A stretch of 64,000 nucleotides of DNA from the NCBI GenBank assembly GCA_965153285.1, contig OZ229113.1; one strand, 5' to 3'. Positions 26,226 to 45,073 of this stretch are shown here, one piece after another. The position numbers were made by a program, and so were the translations under genes. The DNA comes from Podarcis tiliguerta (taxonomy: Eukaryota). The notes below the pieces were generated by a model, which worked only from the letters and a program-made list of their open reading frames with translations, was not told where the DNA came from and did no database searches. Numbering within the stretch: position 1 is the stretch's first letter; each line of letters starts with the position of its first letter.

Positions 26226-26245
26226 ACCTTCAAATTCTTATGACA
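25572..26245 (-). mobile_element. Solo LTR (ERV/gypsy-like)
   Basis: TG..CA ends with imperfect IR (TGATATAAG vs CTTATGACA); 5-bp TSD GATGG at 25567-25571 and 26246-26250; minus-strand TATATAAG (25798-25805) followed by AATAAA (25725-25730). Confidence 0.75.
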
Positions 26246-27098
26246 GATGGTCCTGAAGCAGCTCTCCAATGCAACAGCAGCTCCTTACTGTTTCCATTCC
26301 AGGATGCTGCTTCCCAGCTAGCAACCAAACCACAAGCATTAAGCATTTATTGACATCAGTTTGCTACAGTGTGAGAGAGATATGTGCTCAGACCTCAGTT
26401 TCTTGTTAAGCTTAAGCAGAGGGAATGGTGCCTTGCCCACTACTGGGGCTAAATCAGCATAGCAAAAGTAGGGTGATTTATGTAAGCATTTGTCACAAGT
26501 AACTGGGGAGCAGCCACTCGGCTTATCTTAATTTTTATGCAAATATTTATGCCACTGGGCTCATTTCCCTCCCTCCTGCATAATCATGTACCAAAATACT
26601 TGCCAACTGAGGGTAACACTTCATGAAGGGGACGCTAGTCCGGCCAATTTAAGATTGTAATAAATCTGTGACTTAATTAAAATGCAGTGGCAGCTGGGCC
26701 ATTTAACATGTGGCGAGATAAAGCCACATAAATGCTTGAACAGTGTTGGCGATCAACTGCAGAGTGGAACTAGAACTCAGTTGTGAGCTGATCCATGCCT
26801 GTTAGGGTTCCATTATATGCTCTCATGAAGTTTCTCTATCTGGACTAAAGAGAAACATATATTGCTTCTAAGCATAGACCTTTGCTTCTAAAGCTGTAGT
26901 CCAATCAGTCAAGGGTGAGAAAATATGTACACTGTGAAATAATTAGCTGAAGCTGTATAAATAACTTAAATAGCATTTATTATACACAAATTATTCACAA
27001 GGCTTGGAAGAAAGAGAAGTGTACAGAGCAATAAATCTTGGCTCTTTTATTGGGAGAACAATGAAGACGAGTCATTAAGATTTGGGAATGAAGTATCA

Positions 27099-32715
<5,617 letters not shown>

Positions 32716-32961
32716 TGTGCCTGGATTTTCAACAGCCACACAATCAACTCAGGTCCTTCATATTTTTAAAAACAAAAACTTCTGTTGTGGGTCATTGAGT
32801 TCCGACTGCTGTTTTAAAGAGAAATAAGAGGAGGATTTAAGTTATTGTAGCAATTGCCAAAAACACCACCAACAACATACAAACGCAAATTCATCCCTCA
32901 GTGCATTAAACCACTGCTTTCCTTCAAGACTTTCAGCACAGGTGCCAGACAGAACAATATA

Positions 32962-33208
32962 CAGTGGTACCTCAGGTTAAGTACTTAATTCGTTCCGGAG
33001 GTCCGTTCTTTACCTGAAACTGTTCTTAACCTGAAGCACCACTTTAGATAATGGGGCCTCCTGCTGCCGCCATGCCGCCAGAGCACGATTTCTGTTCTTA
33101 TCCTGAAGCAAAGTTCTTAACCTGAAGCACTATTTCTGGGTTAGCGGAGTCTGTAACCTGAAGTGTATGTAACCTGAAGCATACCATATGTAACCCAAGG
33201 TACCACTG
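32962..33208. mobile_element. Tigger/pogo-like MITE
   Basis: TIR CAGTGGTACCT/AGGTACCACTG; TA TSD; internal AACCTGAAG repeats. Confidence 0.88.
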
Positions 33209-33668
33209 TACACATAGTGCAATCCTCCACATTTCTGCTCAAAACTAAAAATGCAATCCTTTGCATATGTGTTCAGAAGTAACTCCCTCCAAGTTCAGCT
33301 GCACTTATTCCCAGGTACATGGGACTACACCCTAAGAAGAAAATTGATATAGAAGCAGGGCCAGCACTGGAAAATTTAATATTCCATACGCCCCACCCCC
33401 CATCAAAAATCCACAAATTGGTGAGAGACAACATTTTCATGGATGTCCATTAAAACATACATGTAAAGTTGACATGCATTTCAATATGTATTTTTATAAC
33501 ATATATATTTTCAACTGCTGATTTTATTTATACTTTGGGTGGGGAGGGAAATAGGTCAGCTTGCTTTTAACTTCAGACTTTTATTGGTAGGTGTAATGTT
33601 TATTTTATGTAAACCACTTAAGAGTTGGAAAGGACTCCCATGGAAGATGGACTCTCCTTCCTTGGGAG

Positions 33669-33704
<36 letters not shown>

Positions 33705-34049
33705 TTATACCCCACCCATCTGGCTGGGTTTCCCCAGCTACTCTGGGCGGCTTCCAACAAAATATTAAAATACAATAATCTGTTAAACATTAAAAGCTTC
33801 CCTAAACAGGGTTGCCTTCAAATGTCTTCTAAAAGTCTGGTAGTTTAAGCAGAGGTTGGATAACCATCTGCCATAGATACTTTAGTTGTGATTCCTGCAA
33901 TGGACTAGATTACTCTTTGGGTCCTTTCCACCTCTACGTTTCTACTATTCCGTTTCCGCCATTAGGCAATACTGAGTACACAATTCTGTTCATTTAATAA
34001 ATAAAAAGGGGCCATTTCAAGCCAATGGAGAAAGGAGCCCTCGGTTGAA

Positions 34050-34820
34050 ACCGATCATTTACCTGCTGACTCCAAAGTTGGCACCCATTCGCTCCAGCGG
34101 CGCATCTTCCAAAATAAGTGCTCACCCGCCAACCCGACAGCAGCCTTAGGAAGCTGCGCCCGAAAACTCACGCTTTCTGAATACCTAAAGCCACAACTGC
34201 TGCTTCCTCCACTTACCTGGGTATATAAGCCCCACTGCATTCAGCAGGACTTACTTCCAAGCAGACATGCTTAGCTAGGGCTTGCAAACTACGCCAGGGA
34301 GCGCAGCGCATCCGCCGGGGTCTTTAACCCGGAAGCCAGGACGATCGCTCCGCCTCCTTCCCGGTCTAAAGAACCGCAGATAGTTAAGTCACTTGTAGGG
34401 TAAGCTCCTCTGAGTTGCTTGTAGGTCTCCCGTTCGTCTGCTGCTTGCAACGGGGCGAGGAGTCAGTGCAAGGCTGCTTTGCAAGCGCGACAACCAAGTC
34501 AATCGCTCAGCCTCAGGGCTGCTCCCTTCGCTTTTAGGAGGGATCACTGCGGACCAGATCGGCGATCGCAAGGCAATGCGGTCGCTGCGGCTTCAAAACT
34601 CTTTTTTAAATAGCTCACCCTTTCCACAGAGTCAGAATGCCTGCGTTTGCTCCTACTTGGTGCCTGCGTGTATTGAGAAAGGGAGGGAGGCAAGACGAGG
34701 CAATGCTGCCAAATCACCGTCCGGCCTGGAAGGGGAACCTGGATTTCCTCCAAGATGGAGAGAATCGCTTTCATTCCCGCTGTTGAGAAAGAGGAGCACG
34801 TGGCGTCAGAGCCGCTGTCT
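34050..34820 (-). promoter_or_regulatory. GTPBP8 CpG-island promoter and probable non-coding first exon
   Basis: CpG-rich; ETS-type CCGGAAG ~34329; minus-strand donor CAG|GTAAGT at 34217/34216. Confidence 0.6.
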
Positions 34821-34984
34821 GTACATACAGGAATTGTACATTCCTGCCCACACAGGAATCTTACTTGGAATAGGCTTTGTTGAACACCTGAGGCTTACTT
34901 CTGAGTAAACATGCTTTGGGCTGCTCTGACTGCTAGGTCTGCAAAAGGGCCACTCAGACTAGACGTTCTCCTTGGGGATGGGGG

Positions 34985-35074
34985 CATAGCTGTCAACGTT
35001 TTCCCCTTTTTAAGGGAAAGTCCCTTATTCTGAATAGGATTCCTCGCAAGAAAAGGGAAAAGTTGACAGCTATG
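34985..35074. mobile_element. hAT MITE (90 bp)
   Basis: TIR CATAGCTGTCAAC/GTTGACAGCTATG; perfect 8-bp TSD GATGGGGG. Confidence 0.9.
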
Positions 35075-35372
35075 GATGGGGGGCACCATTCTGCCCCCCC
35101 CTTCATTCTCATGCAGCACTTAAAAGTGCCCTGCGTTTATTTTAGTTTCTGAGGGTTTTGGAGCCTGCTGCCCCATGGTGCTGGACAGGAGTGCTAGCTT
35201 TGCCCCCGGGGCCGTGGGGGCCATGCAGTCTGCATGGTCCTGCCACTGAAATTTGCGGGTGCCCAGCCCCTTCATGGGGAATTTGGTGGGTGCTTGGGCA
35301 CCCGGGGCCCCAGGGAGTTGGTACCTATGGGGCTGGAGTAGAAGAAAATGGTGAGAAGAGTAGGGTCAGGAC

Positions 35373-35790
35373 CAGGGCTGGCCCAGGATATTTTGGCACC
35401 TGAGGTGGACCCCAAAACTGTGCTTCCCACCCTGCTATGGAAGAAGGGCTAAGGGAAGATCTACACCAGAAACAAGGGGGGGGGGAGAAAGCTTGACATT
35501 TATATGCTGATATTAATATTTTAGACTATTCTAATGATTGTTGAATGTTACTTTTTTGATGTAGGTTGCCTATTTTAAAGTTATGTTTTATTATCACATT
35601 TTTGTATTGCATTAGATTATTATAAGATGTACATTTTTTGTTTCTTCAGCTTGTAAACCGCCTTGAGTATTGTAAGATAGAAAGACGGTATGATGATGAC
35701 ATATGATGATGACATAGGGATCTGTTGCCTCAGTGAATCCTGCCACCTGAGGCAGGCGCCTCACCTTGCCTCATGGGTGGGCTGGCCTTG
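35373..35790. mobile_element. Old hAT (Tip100-like) non-autonomous element
   Basis: CpG-decayed TIR CAGGGCTGGCCC/GGGCTGGCCTTG; TSD GTCAGGAC/ATCAGGAC. Confidence 0.7.
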
Positions 35791-37118
35791 ATCAGGACGG
35801 TGTTAGAAGCTGAAACGTGGGGAAATTGTAAACCGCATTGCTGCTAAGAGATGTGTTGGAGAAACCTGAGGACCATGTTTTTGAAATGAAGCCCCAGCAT
35901 CAATATAACTTTATAAAACCCTTCAGAGTCAGAACCCATCAGTAACTAACGAGCCACAAGAAGCATCCACTGCGTATTATTCGAGATATGTCATGTTTAT
36001 CTCCAAGCAATAACGATACAACGAGCAGTTCTTGCTTTCACCGCTGGGTGGCAATAAAGGTACAAGAAGAAGCATGTTGCTATAGTTAGTCATTCAAAAC
36101 TGGGAAGGGGATGAAGTTGAGGTCGATATTCGGTCCTGCAACAAAATGTTTCTTGCATGTGGAGCGGGGGTGAGGAGATACTGAAAGCAAGGATCATATT
36201 GGCTGCCTCATTTCCAGCTTCCAAACCCCCAGCTTTAGCTGGGATTCCTGCATTGTAGGGGGTTGGGCTAGATGACCCTTGGGCTTGGGTCCCTTCCAAC
36301 TCTCTGATTATATGAAAACACTACTTTCTCAGGAGTTCTCAGGTTACCTAGAGAAAGCCAGCCCACCTGAGAGCGACAGCTGTGCTTGTGCTATATCCCT
36401 CCTCCCCTTGTTTTCATGGGACTGCCTGCATTTGCCCACACATAGTTTTTCTTCCCTTTTCTTGTCCACAAAGCTTTTTTGAACTTTATGGACTTCTGCA
36501 AATCTTGGACTTGCATGCAGATACCTTGTGCATGGCTGGTGCTGTTTGGCTATGTAAGTATCGGCACTCACCCCTGAAGTTGGGAAATAGAGGAAACAAG
36601 TAGGGCCATACTACAGAACATTGCTCTGGTGTTCAATACATGAGCCTGTGGCTCGGGTTTAAAAACAACCAAATGTTAGTATCAAATATCTTCTAATCAT
36701 ATGCATTAAAAAAAACCTTTTCAACTTGTTTTTTAGATACATATTTTAGATACATATTGTGTTTCCAGCATTTAAAAGTGCAACCTGACTGCATGTAAGA
36801 CTTCTGCATGCAACTGAGTTCTTGATATGGCATGCAAGGGAGCTCTGAGAAAGAATGAGGGGGATTGATCTTTGCTGCGACCTGAGGAGTATGGAGCATT
36901 TTATTTTCTACTAGGAATCCAAATGAGTGTTGGCTTCACCTCTACCCTGCGTTGTTAACATTGGACTATGTTGCAAGAATGCTATAAGCTAATATTTATC
37001 AGTGCAGCCCTCCAAGCCGCAGTAGGTCATATAACAGTGACCTACAGCCATACTCCAAGCCTGCAGTGATGGTTGTGGGGGTCTGATGCCTCTGGACAGC
37101 ACTGCAGGGTTGTTGTTG

Positions 37119-37358
37119 TGTGTGGTGTAGTGGTTAAGAGCGGTAGTCTCGTAATCTGGTGAACCGGGTTCGATTCCCCGCTCCTCCACATGCAGCTGCT
37201 GGGTGACCTTGGGCCAGTCACACTTCTCTGAAGTCTCTCAGCCCCATTCACCTCACAGAGTGTTTGTTGTGGGGGAGGAAGGGAAAGGAGAATGTTAGCC
37301 GCTTTGAGACTCCTTAAAGGGAGTGAAAGGCGGGATATCAAATCCAAACCTCTTCTTG
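37119..37358 (+). mobile_element. Squam3-type tRNA-derived SINE
   Basis: A-box TGGTGTAGTGG, B-box GGTTCGATTCC, CORE-like GGGTGACCTTGGGC, (CTT)n tail. Confidence 0.8.
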
Positions 37359-38652
37359 TTGTTTACCTGGCCTGTAATATTCAATGTGAATTATACTCTG
37401 AGCTGTAATAAGTAACTGCTGCAACCCCTTTGAATCTGCAGTGTGTTTCTGCTGAATGTAGCATTTCCTTTTATAATAATAGTAGTAGTAATAAATTTTA
37501 TTTATACTCCGTCCTCCCTGGCCAGAGCCGGGCTCAGGGCGGCTAACACCAGTAAAATTACAGAAAAAACATAATAGGGGGGAAAAACCCTTAAAATACT
37601 GCTTGTTTACATTGTTTTGCTATTTTTAGGTGTTCTGCTCTGATCTTCTTAAGGGGGTAGATCAGGATACTGTATAAATAATTCCAAATAAATATATACG
37701 TTAAGAAGTGGTGGGATCTAACTAAAGTTTGCTGAAATGAACATTTCATTTAGGAGCCGCCATCTAGCAGATGTGCAGCAGCTGTTTGAGAACAGAAACT
37801 CTTACTTGTTGGCATATATTTGTGGAAAGAGGAATTTTGTCACCAGGTCACTGTTGGCATTTATAATGTTTCTCATCGTCGGCCCACACAGCTTCTAATT
37901 ATGCAGCTGAAGTCATAAGCATGACACTGCAAATATGGAAACTGAGGTTTTTAATAGGGGGAGAAAACCCGCCTAGAAATCATTTGGGAATTTAGACTTT
38001 TTCAAACACTCTCTTGTAAAAGTTCCTTCCGTAAGAGTCACCCAAAAAGAAATTCTCATTGAGGCTATCAGCAGAGTGGGTGTTTCTCAGAATAAGCAAT
38101 ACACATTAACTTTTCAAACGCCTCTGCAAAATTTTACCTCGCACAGGAAGCCATGGTAACTGTTGTGTCATAAGCTTCTGCTCCAGTTAAGACTGGGATC
38201 TAGCTGCACAGAATTTAGGCTGTAAATTCTTTCTTTCTGCTTCTAAAATTCCTCCCTGCTGGCCAGTTGCAGCTTCATCCATTCAATCTTCTGGAAGGTT
38301 ATGGAGTTTTAAAAATTAAAAGCTAAGATTTCCTTCCTTGTGATTAGGGATGGTAAGACATGTGCTTATCCACATTTATTGTACCTTTCCTCCTCACTTC
38401 CCAGGCATGGTTTGTGCCTTACTGCTCCATGTCTGAGTGCCCTTCTTTTGTGCTCCAGAGCTTTTCCCACCAAAACTTGCTCTTTAAAGCTGAATCAGAG
38501 CAGATGGCAATCTGTGGGAAACCTGATTTGCCATTTGCTCCGAGTCGGCTTAAAGAGTGAGTTTTTGCAGGGAAAGCTCCGGTGTGTGTGTGCGCGCGCT
38601 TGGACATGCCTGCTCTTGATGTATTTTTAATCCTTGTTGGAAGCCGCCCAGA

Positions 38653-39504
38653 GTGATGGGGTTATACTCCCTCTGAAGGAGCAAGTATGCAGGGGTACTT
38701 ATGGGGGGTACTTATGGATCCTTGGCAGTCGCTTGAGGCTCAGGTGGCCTCAGTGGGACAGAGTGCCTTCCATCAGCTTCAGCTATGGCCCAGCTGTGCC
38801 TCAATCTGGATGGAGATAACCTAACTTCTGTTGTCTATGCTCTGGCAACCTCTAGGTTAGGTTACTGCGACGCATTATACGTAGAGTTGCCTCTGAAGAT
38901 GGTTCAGAAATGTTAGCTGGTGCAGAATTTGGCAGCCAGGTTGCTCATCAGGGCAAGGTGGTTTGAGCATATTTCACCAATCCTAGCCCAACTCACTGGC
39001 TGCCAATTAGTGTCCAGGCCCAATTCAAAGTACTAGTTTTGACCTATAAAGCCTCAAATGGCTCAGGACTGACTGCAATACTTCAAGGACCCCTCTCTCT
39101 GTATGAACTGACCCAGACCTTGCAGTCATCATCTGAGGCCCTTCTTTGTGTGCCTCCTCCATGAGTGGTCCAGAGAGTGGCAACACAAAAACGGTCCTTT
39201 TCTGCAGCCGCTCCCCATGTGTGGAATGTTCTCCCCAGGAGGATTTGGCTGGTGCCTTTCTTATATACCTTTAGACACCCAGGGGAAAATGTTCCTCTTC
39301 AACCAGGCCTTGGGCTGATTAATATCTCATACCCCTTTTAAATGTCTTTGTGGGAAGGGCTGGAGGGAGGGGGTTATGGGTTTGTGGGTTTTTTGTTCTT
39401 GTTTTTATAATGTATTTTGTGCTTTCACATTGCATTCTTATGATGTGAAGTGCCCTGAGATCTATGGATAAAGGGTGGTATACAAATTTAATCAATAATA
39501 ATAA
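38653..39504 (+). mobile_element. Decayed L2-type LINE 3' portion
   Basis: Frameshifted ORF2-like text (HWLPI..QFKVLVLTYKA..) ending in an AAT-rich tail; boundaries approximate. Confidence 0.65.
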
Positions 39505-39533
39505 ATTTAAAGTATGCGTACCTGTAGCATACA

Positions 39534-39903
39534 GGGACACGGGGACACGGGTGGCACTGTGGGTAAAAGCCTCAGTGCCTAGGGCTTGCCGATCGAAAGG
39601 TCGGCAGTTCGAATCCCCGCGGCGGGGTGCGCTCCCGTTGTTCGGTCCCAGCGCCTGCCAACCTAGCAGTTCGAAAGCACTCTCGGGTGCAAGTAGATAA
39701 ATAGGGACCGCTTACTAGCGGGAAGGTAAACGGCGTTCCGTGTGCGGGTCTGGCTCGTCAGAGCAGCGATGTCACGCTGGCCACGTGACCCGGAAGTGTC
39801 TTCGGACAGCGCTGGCCCTCGGCCTCTTTGAGTGAGATGGGCGCACAACCCTAGAGTCTGTCAAGACTGGCCCGTACGGGCAGGGGTACCATTACCTTTA
39901 CCT
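39534..39903 (+). mobile_element. Sauria SINE (second subfamily)
   Basis: B-box GTTCGAATCC; (ACCTT)n tail; TSD TACCTGTAGCA. Confidence 0.88.
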
Positions 39904-39949
39904 TACCTGTAGCACAAAAGGTGTGCATAAGCCCTAAGTTTCAAACCTC

Positions 39950-40260
39950 ACCAGAAGCTTTTCTTTTAGGAATACTAGGTGCAGAGATACCCAGGGACCA
40001 CGGGAAAAAACCTGTTTATGTATGCAACGACAGCTGCCCAAATGACGCTTGCTCAGAAACGGATAGAAGATACAGTCCCAACCAAGGAAGAATGGCAGAT
40101 AAAATTAATGGACTATGCTGAAATGGCAAAACTTACTGGAAGAATAAGAAACCAAAAAGAAAGAACTTTTAACAAAGATTGGGGAAAATATGTGGACTAA
40201 CTGAAAAACTATAGTAAACATTTAAATTAATTAACAGGATTAATGTAGAACAAGCAGTTA
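39950..40260 (+). mobile_element. L1/Tx1-like LINE ORF2 3' fragment
   Basis: PEAFLLGI..LFMYATTAA..LAQ..W..PTKEEW..KLMDYAEMAKLT, typical of a squamate L1 C-terminus. Confidence 0.65.
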
Positions 40261-41232
40261 AGTGAATTTGTTAAGCAAACTTTAGATTCTAAATAATAAT
40301 TTGGCGATGCAGTAAGAAAATTACCACATAAGTAACCACAAAAGGGGGGGGGAGGGAAGTCAAGTGATGTTATTGGATAGTTTATGCAATTTTAATTATT
40401 GTTGTAAAACTGAGAATCGAAATACAACACTTGTTTTTAAAAGAGAAAAATACGTTTCAAACCTCATCTGCTAGCTAGCTCTTATGCATGAATGGCACTC
40501 AGAAAACAGCTGCCATAGAAACAAGATTAGAAAGAACCACATGGTAACCACATGGTAAACATTTTAAATCTACAAATAGCATCTGTACACATAAGAGGAA
40601 CCAGCCAGTATTATCCTGACTCTCCTGCCTAGATCTGAGTGGTGTGTGTTAAATGCTGTGCTTGCAATTGAGGTTAATACAGCCACCATGTGGTAAGCTT
40701 TTTGTGTGTGCAACTACTGCAAAATTATTAGTCATCTATTTCCACCCACACATGCCTCATGACCACTGAAACTGGCAGTTGGACTATGATCCATATGGTA
40801 ACTGACCAAAACTCAATTCCCACTTCTGCACAATTCACTTAGGAATAGAGGAAGGTCCCTGCTTGGGGAGAGGTTCGCCTGATGTTGTATGATACCAGGT
40901 GACTGGCAGGTGATTGTGATTTGCGCAAAATGATTTTGCAGGCCAAATTTAGATGTCTGGTGGGACTATAACAAGACCCGTGGGCCAGAGTTTCTCCACA
41001 ACTGACATAAAACAAGACAGATATTTAGAAAATTGACTTTCGACTTTAAATTTTGTATTAATCAACATGCCACACATCTGCAATTAAAATAGACCACATT
41101 TGACTCCAGGGCACCTCAGAGTTACTTACATATCTCTTGGGAGATAATGGAAGCATGTGCCTTTGGGGGTGAAGGTAAACTGTTGGAGAGTTACAGCGCC
41201 TGCTGTGGCTGTAGAGACCAGGAGAGTGCCCA

Positions 41233-41844
41233 GTTATAGGAAAAGTATATTAGCTCTAAAACAAAGTGTGATTACTGGTCAGAAGAGTATATTGAATGCT
41301 AATTACCATAATTCAAACACTGAATTGTTACCCAACATATGAGTTGGTGGGTGCAAGACACCCTAAATTATGGATTAAGATAGTGTTAAAATTTAATTGA
41401 GGCTTCTGGTGTTGAAACTGTGTGTCAGACCCCGGGTTAGGACCTATGCAAGACCCATGTGTATTAATATGTGTGCTAGACAATTTTAATTTACTGGAAT
41501 AAGCATATGTGAAAAAACTAATCAAGCTAGGCAAACTTCATGAACGGTGTATAAGACACTTCCAAATCCTGGAGAATCAACTAGTGTAAAAGCTAGTTAA
41601 GAAAAGACTGATTTTTTTTTGAGGTGATAGCCTGGGGATGAGACTCATTAAGACTCAAAGGATCAAGGGAAATCTCATCATGTGAAATCTACAGTTTATC
41701 ATATGAATCTTCTTCTGTCATGCTGAAGCAAATGCTGTGTATTAACTTTAAAATAAACCTGTGGTTTCTACAGAATCTTGAGTCATTTCATCTGAAGTGA
41801 AAATGCTGTTTTTCTCTATGTGGGCAAGTTTTGAACCTTGAACA
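41233..41844 (+). mobile_element. Possible degenerate solo LTR
   Basis: Ends GTTATAGG../..CCTTGAACA (imperfect IR); CCCA on both flanks; TATAAG 41550 and AATAAA 41752 in LTR order. Confidence 0.4.
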
Positions 41845-42249
41845 CCCACTAAAATGTGAACGGAGGAACCCACCCCTCAAATTAGCTCCTTAATTTGTTC
41901 CCATATATGTACTTGTATGAATGCCCCATTAGCGCTCATCAACCCTACCAGCAACAAGCACCAGAGAACCTGACGGCAGAAGAAATATCACCTTTTTGTG
42001 GTGGAAACTACAATATAATTTCTTGATACATGAGAATGTAGAAAGTGTAAATAGTGGAAGCTGCTAAATCATAATGCCGACAGCTCTTCAGCCCATGAGT
42101 TGAATTTTCTTCCATGAAATGGTTTGGCATTATTTTTTAAGTATCATTCACCTCAAATGAAATTTCCTTTGACACGGAAGCTTGATGGAACAACCCTGTT
42201 TTTATTTTCTTGAGTTTTACTGTGAGGGCTCGTCTTCCCAAAGAGAGCA

Positions 42250-42545
42250 GTCCTGTTCCGATAACCACTGAGGAAAGTGACTTCATCTGCTTCCTCTGTG
42301 TTTGGTTTTTTGACAAGCAAGCACAGGAAACCCTGTACAAGTGGCAAGCCAGAAGGAAGAACCACTCCAACCCAAAGGACCTAATCAGTCTGGAGCACGC
42401 AGAGCTGCTGTAGAACCTAGGGATGTAGAAAGTGGAGCAGAGATGCTCGCTGGGATGAAGTGTTTGCATGAAAAGATGCTCGCTGTATTGGTGGTTAAAC
42501 AGACATCAGAATGGATGTCGTGGTGATATAATTGTGTGCGCCATG
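42250..42545 (+). promoter_or_regulatory. Putative myeloid-type promoter of the CD200R1-like gene
   Basis: Non-CpG region with PU.1-like GAGGAA (~42270), RUNX-like AACCAC (~42263, ~42360) and further GGAA cores upstream of the leader exon. Confidence 0.35.
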
Positions 42546-42630
42546 GAAGCCAAAAGTGGAATTAATTTTGTTCTGAAGAACTGGAGTGCCTGTGCCCTGC
42601 TCACTGTCACCGTGTTGATGGCAACAATGG
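42543..42630 (+). CDS. CD200R1-like leader exon
   Basis: gccATGG Kozak; MEAKSGINFVLKNWSACALLTVTVLMATM; donor G|gtaagt, phase 1. Confidence 0.72.
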
Positions 42631-45027
42631 GTAAGTCTTACTTTTCACTGAAGGTGTTGCCTTTTCTTATAAAGTCTTCGCCTTTCAGTTTCACCCACAT
42701 TAAAGGATATGTAGCAAAGTGGCTAGGGAACAGGCAGCATGGACCGGATCGTTATCATCTACTTATAATATTTAAACCTCAAGGGCAAATAGCGGCATAC
42801 ATTTATCAAACCAAATATTTTCAAAGAGGAAGAAAAACCTACATTGAATAAGCTGGGAGTTGGCCTGAGTATAAATTCCTATCACAGTATTATTTAGCAT
42901 AGGGATGGGAGACTTGTGGACCTCCAGATATTGCAGGATAATAATAATAATAATAATTATTATTATTATTATTATTATTATTTTATTTATACATACATAC
43001 ATACATACATACATACCCCGCCCATCTGGCTGGGTTTCCCCAGCCACTCTGGGCGGCTTCCAACAAAACACTAAAATACAATAACCTATTAAACATTAAA
43101 AGCTTCCCTAAACAGCGCGGCCTTCAGATGTCTTTTAAAAGTTTGGTAGTTATTTTTCTTTTTGACATCTGGGGGGACGGTGTTCCACAGGGCGGATGCC
43201 GCTACCGAGAAGGCCCTCTGCCTGGTTCCCTGTAACTTGGCTTCTCGCAGCGAGGGAACTGCCAAAAGGCCCTCAGCCCTGGACCTCAGTGTCTGGGCAG
43301 AACGATGGAGGTGGAGACGCTCCTTCAGGTCCCATCATCTCAGACCATTGGCTATCCTGGCTGAGGCTGGCTGGGAGCCCAACAGCATTTAGAAGGCAGC
43401 GGTTTCCCCTGCTCTGCTTTAGCAGAGTATATGTCTGAATTTAATTACGCAAATATGCTCACTTTATAAACGAAGCCATAATGTCTCTCTCTTTTTGAAC
43501 TCTCTTGGGATTCTGTCTATCACACCTGTTGAAAAGCTTACGCTTTTTGCTGGCATCAGTTCCAGCCCATTCATCTTCAGGGCTGTAGGAAGGCTGGTCT
43601 GCTGTTTGGAAGACCACTATGTGAAATCTGAATACTTCTCCTCTGGTGAAGGAAAGCAGAAGATGGAACAACTTTGCTGGCTAGAATTGTCAAGGGTTGG
43701 TTGGGTGCAGGTAGATTGACTTCACTAAAGTAATGATCAGACCTGTATCCAAAACACCAGTTTTGTGCAGGGACAATCTAACAATTAGAACAGTTTCTAT
43801 CCCTCCTGTTAATTTTATTATTATTATATTACCATTTATATGCTGCTTACATATTTATATTACCATTTATATGCTGCTTAAACACATTAAAACATAGGTT
43901 AAAACATCTCAAATAAGCAGCAAATACAACGTTCTAAAAAACGTAATTAACAACTGAACAGCCTCCTCCAGTATCAACATAAACATTATGCATAAAAATC
44001 AGCTAGAAAAGTGCAAGGAAAATTCACAGTAAGCAACTGAACAAAATATCCTCTAAAAATCAGGAAGTAAAATATTACAAATGGAAATAAACTAAAAAGT
44101 GTCATTTATAAATAATAACTTAAAGATAAATTATGGATTGCATGACGGCAGAACAATTTAAAGTTTTACTTGAGGAAACCTCTTTCTTCCACCCTCTTCG
44201 TCCATCTGCAATGGAGAATAAATAGATTCCTACTGACCACAATAGTCGGAGAAGATGGTAGGCGAAAGTTCAGTGAAGGTTTACTGAAAAAGGCATTGTC
44301 TCCATGGTGTTGAGATGGTGGCCTGTCAGCACATTTTGGAAAACTGCTGAAAAGTCTATTGCAAAAAGGGAATAAGCTGTAATTTTGGCACGTGTCAAAA
44401 CAGTCATAAAAATCCCCAGTAAATATAATTTGTGTGTATCAACCTTTAGTTTTTAGAGGTGGACTAAAATGGTCCTTTGGGCAGAGGTCTTTCCATTCCT
44501 CAAGTAACAAAACTGTGCTTTATCCTTTTAATATATTGGCTGGAATTAGTAGGTCAAACTGTATTATATACAAACACATGTAACAATAAAGCAGAAGCTC
44601 GTTTTTGTTGTTACATTAAAAGCAACTTTGGGAGAGGGCAACTGGAAATGGTGATCCAGTAGGTTCTTAACCCTTACTCTACCCACAGTTCCTTGCTCCA
44701 AGTCACCTTCCAAAGAGTGTCATCCCAACAGGGTGGTTCAGATACGCGTTTGGTCCCATTAAGCTCTTGTCCCACAACTATTTTATTTTACAAAATCTAC
44801 ATACCACTTGGTTGTAGTAAAACCTCTGAGTAGTTTGCAATAAATATTAAGATTATCAATAAAAACAGTTTTAAAATAAGCCATTAAAAATATTTGAAAG
44901 GTAATTAAAAGTAACAGTAAAAAATTTAAACATGTCAACATCTATGTTTTATTTTGTTTTTTATATGAGCTGGAAGCTGCTCAGAGTGGCTGGGGAAATC
45001 CAGCCAGATGGGTGGAGTATGAATAAA

Positions 45028-45073
<46 letters not shown>

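Noticed and set aside
37119-37190. tRNA-like A/B boxes here and in other SINE heads
   Set aside because: They continue into SINE bodies and tails, with no complete cloverleaf, so they are not tRNA genes.
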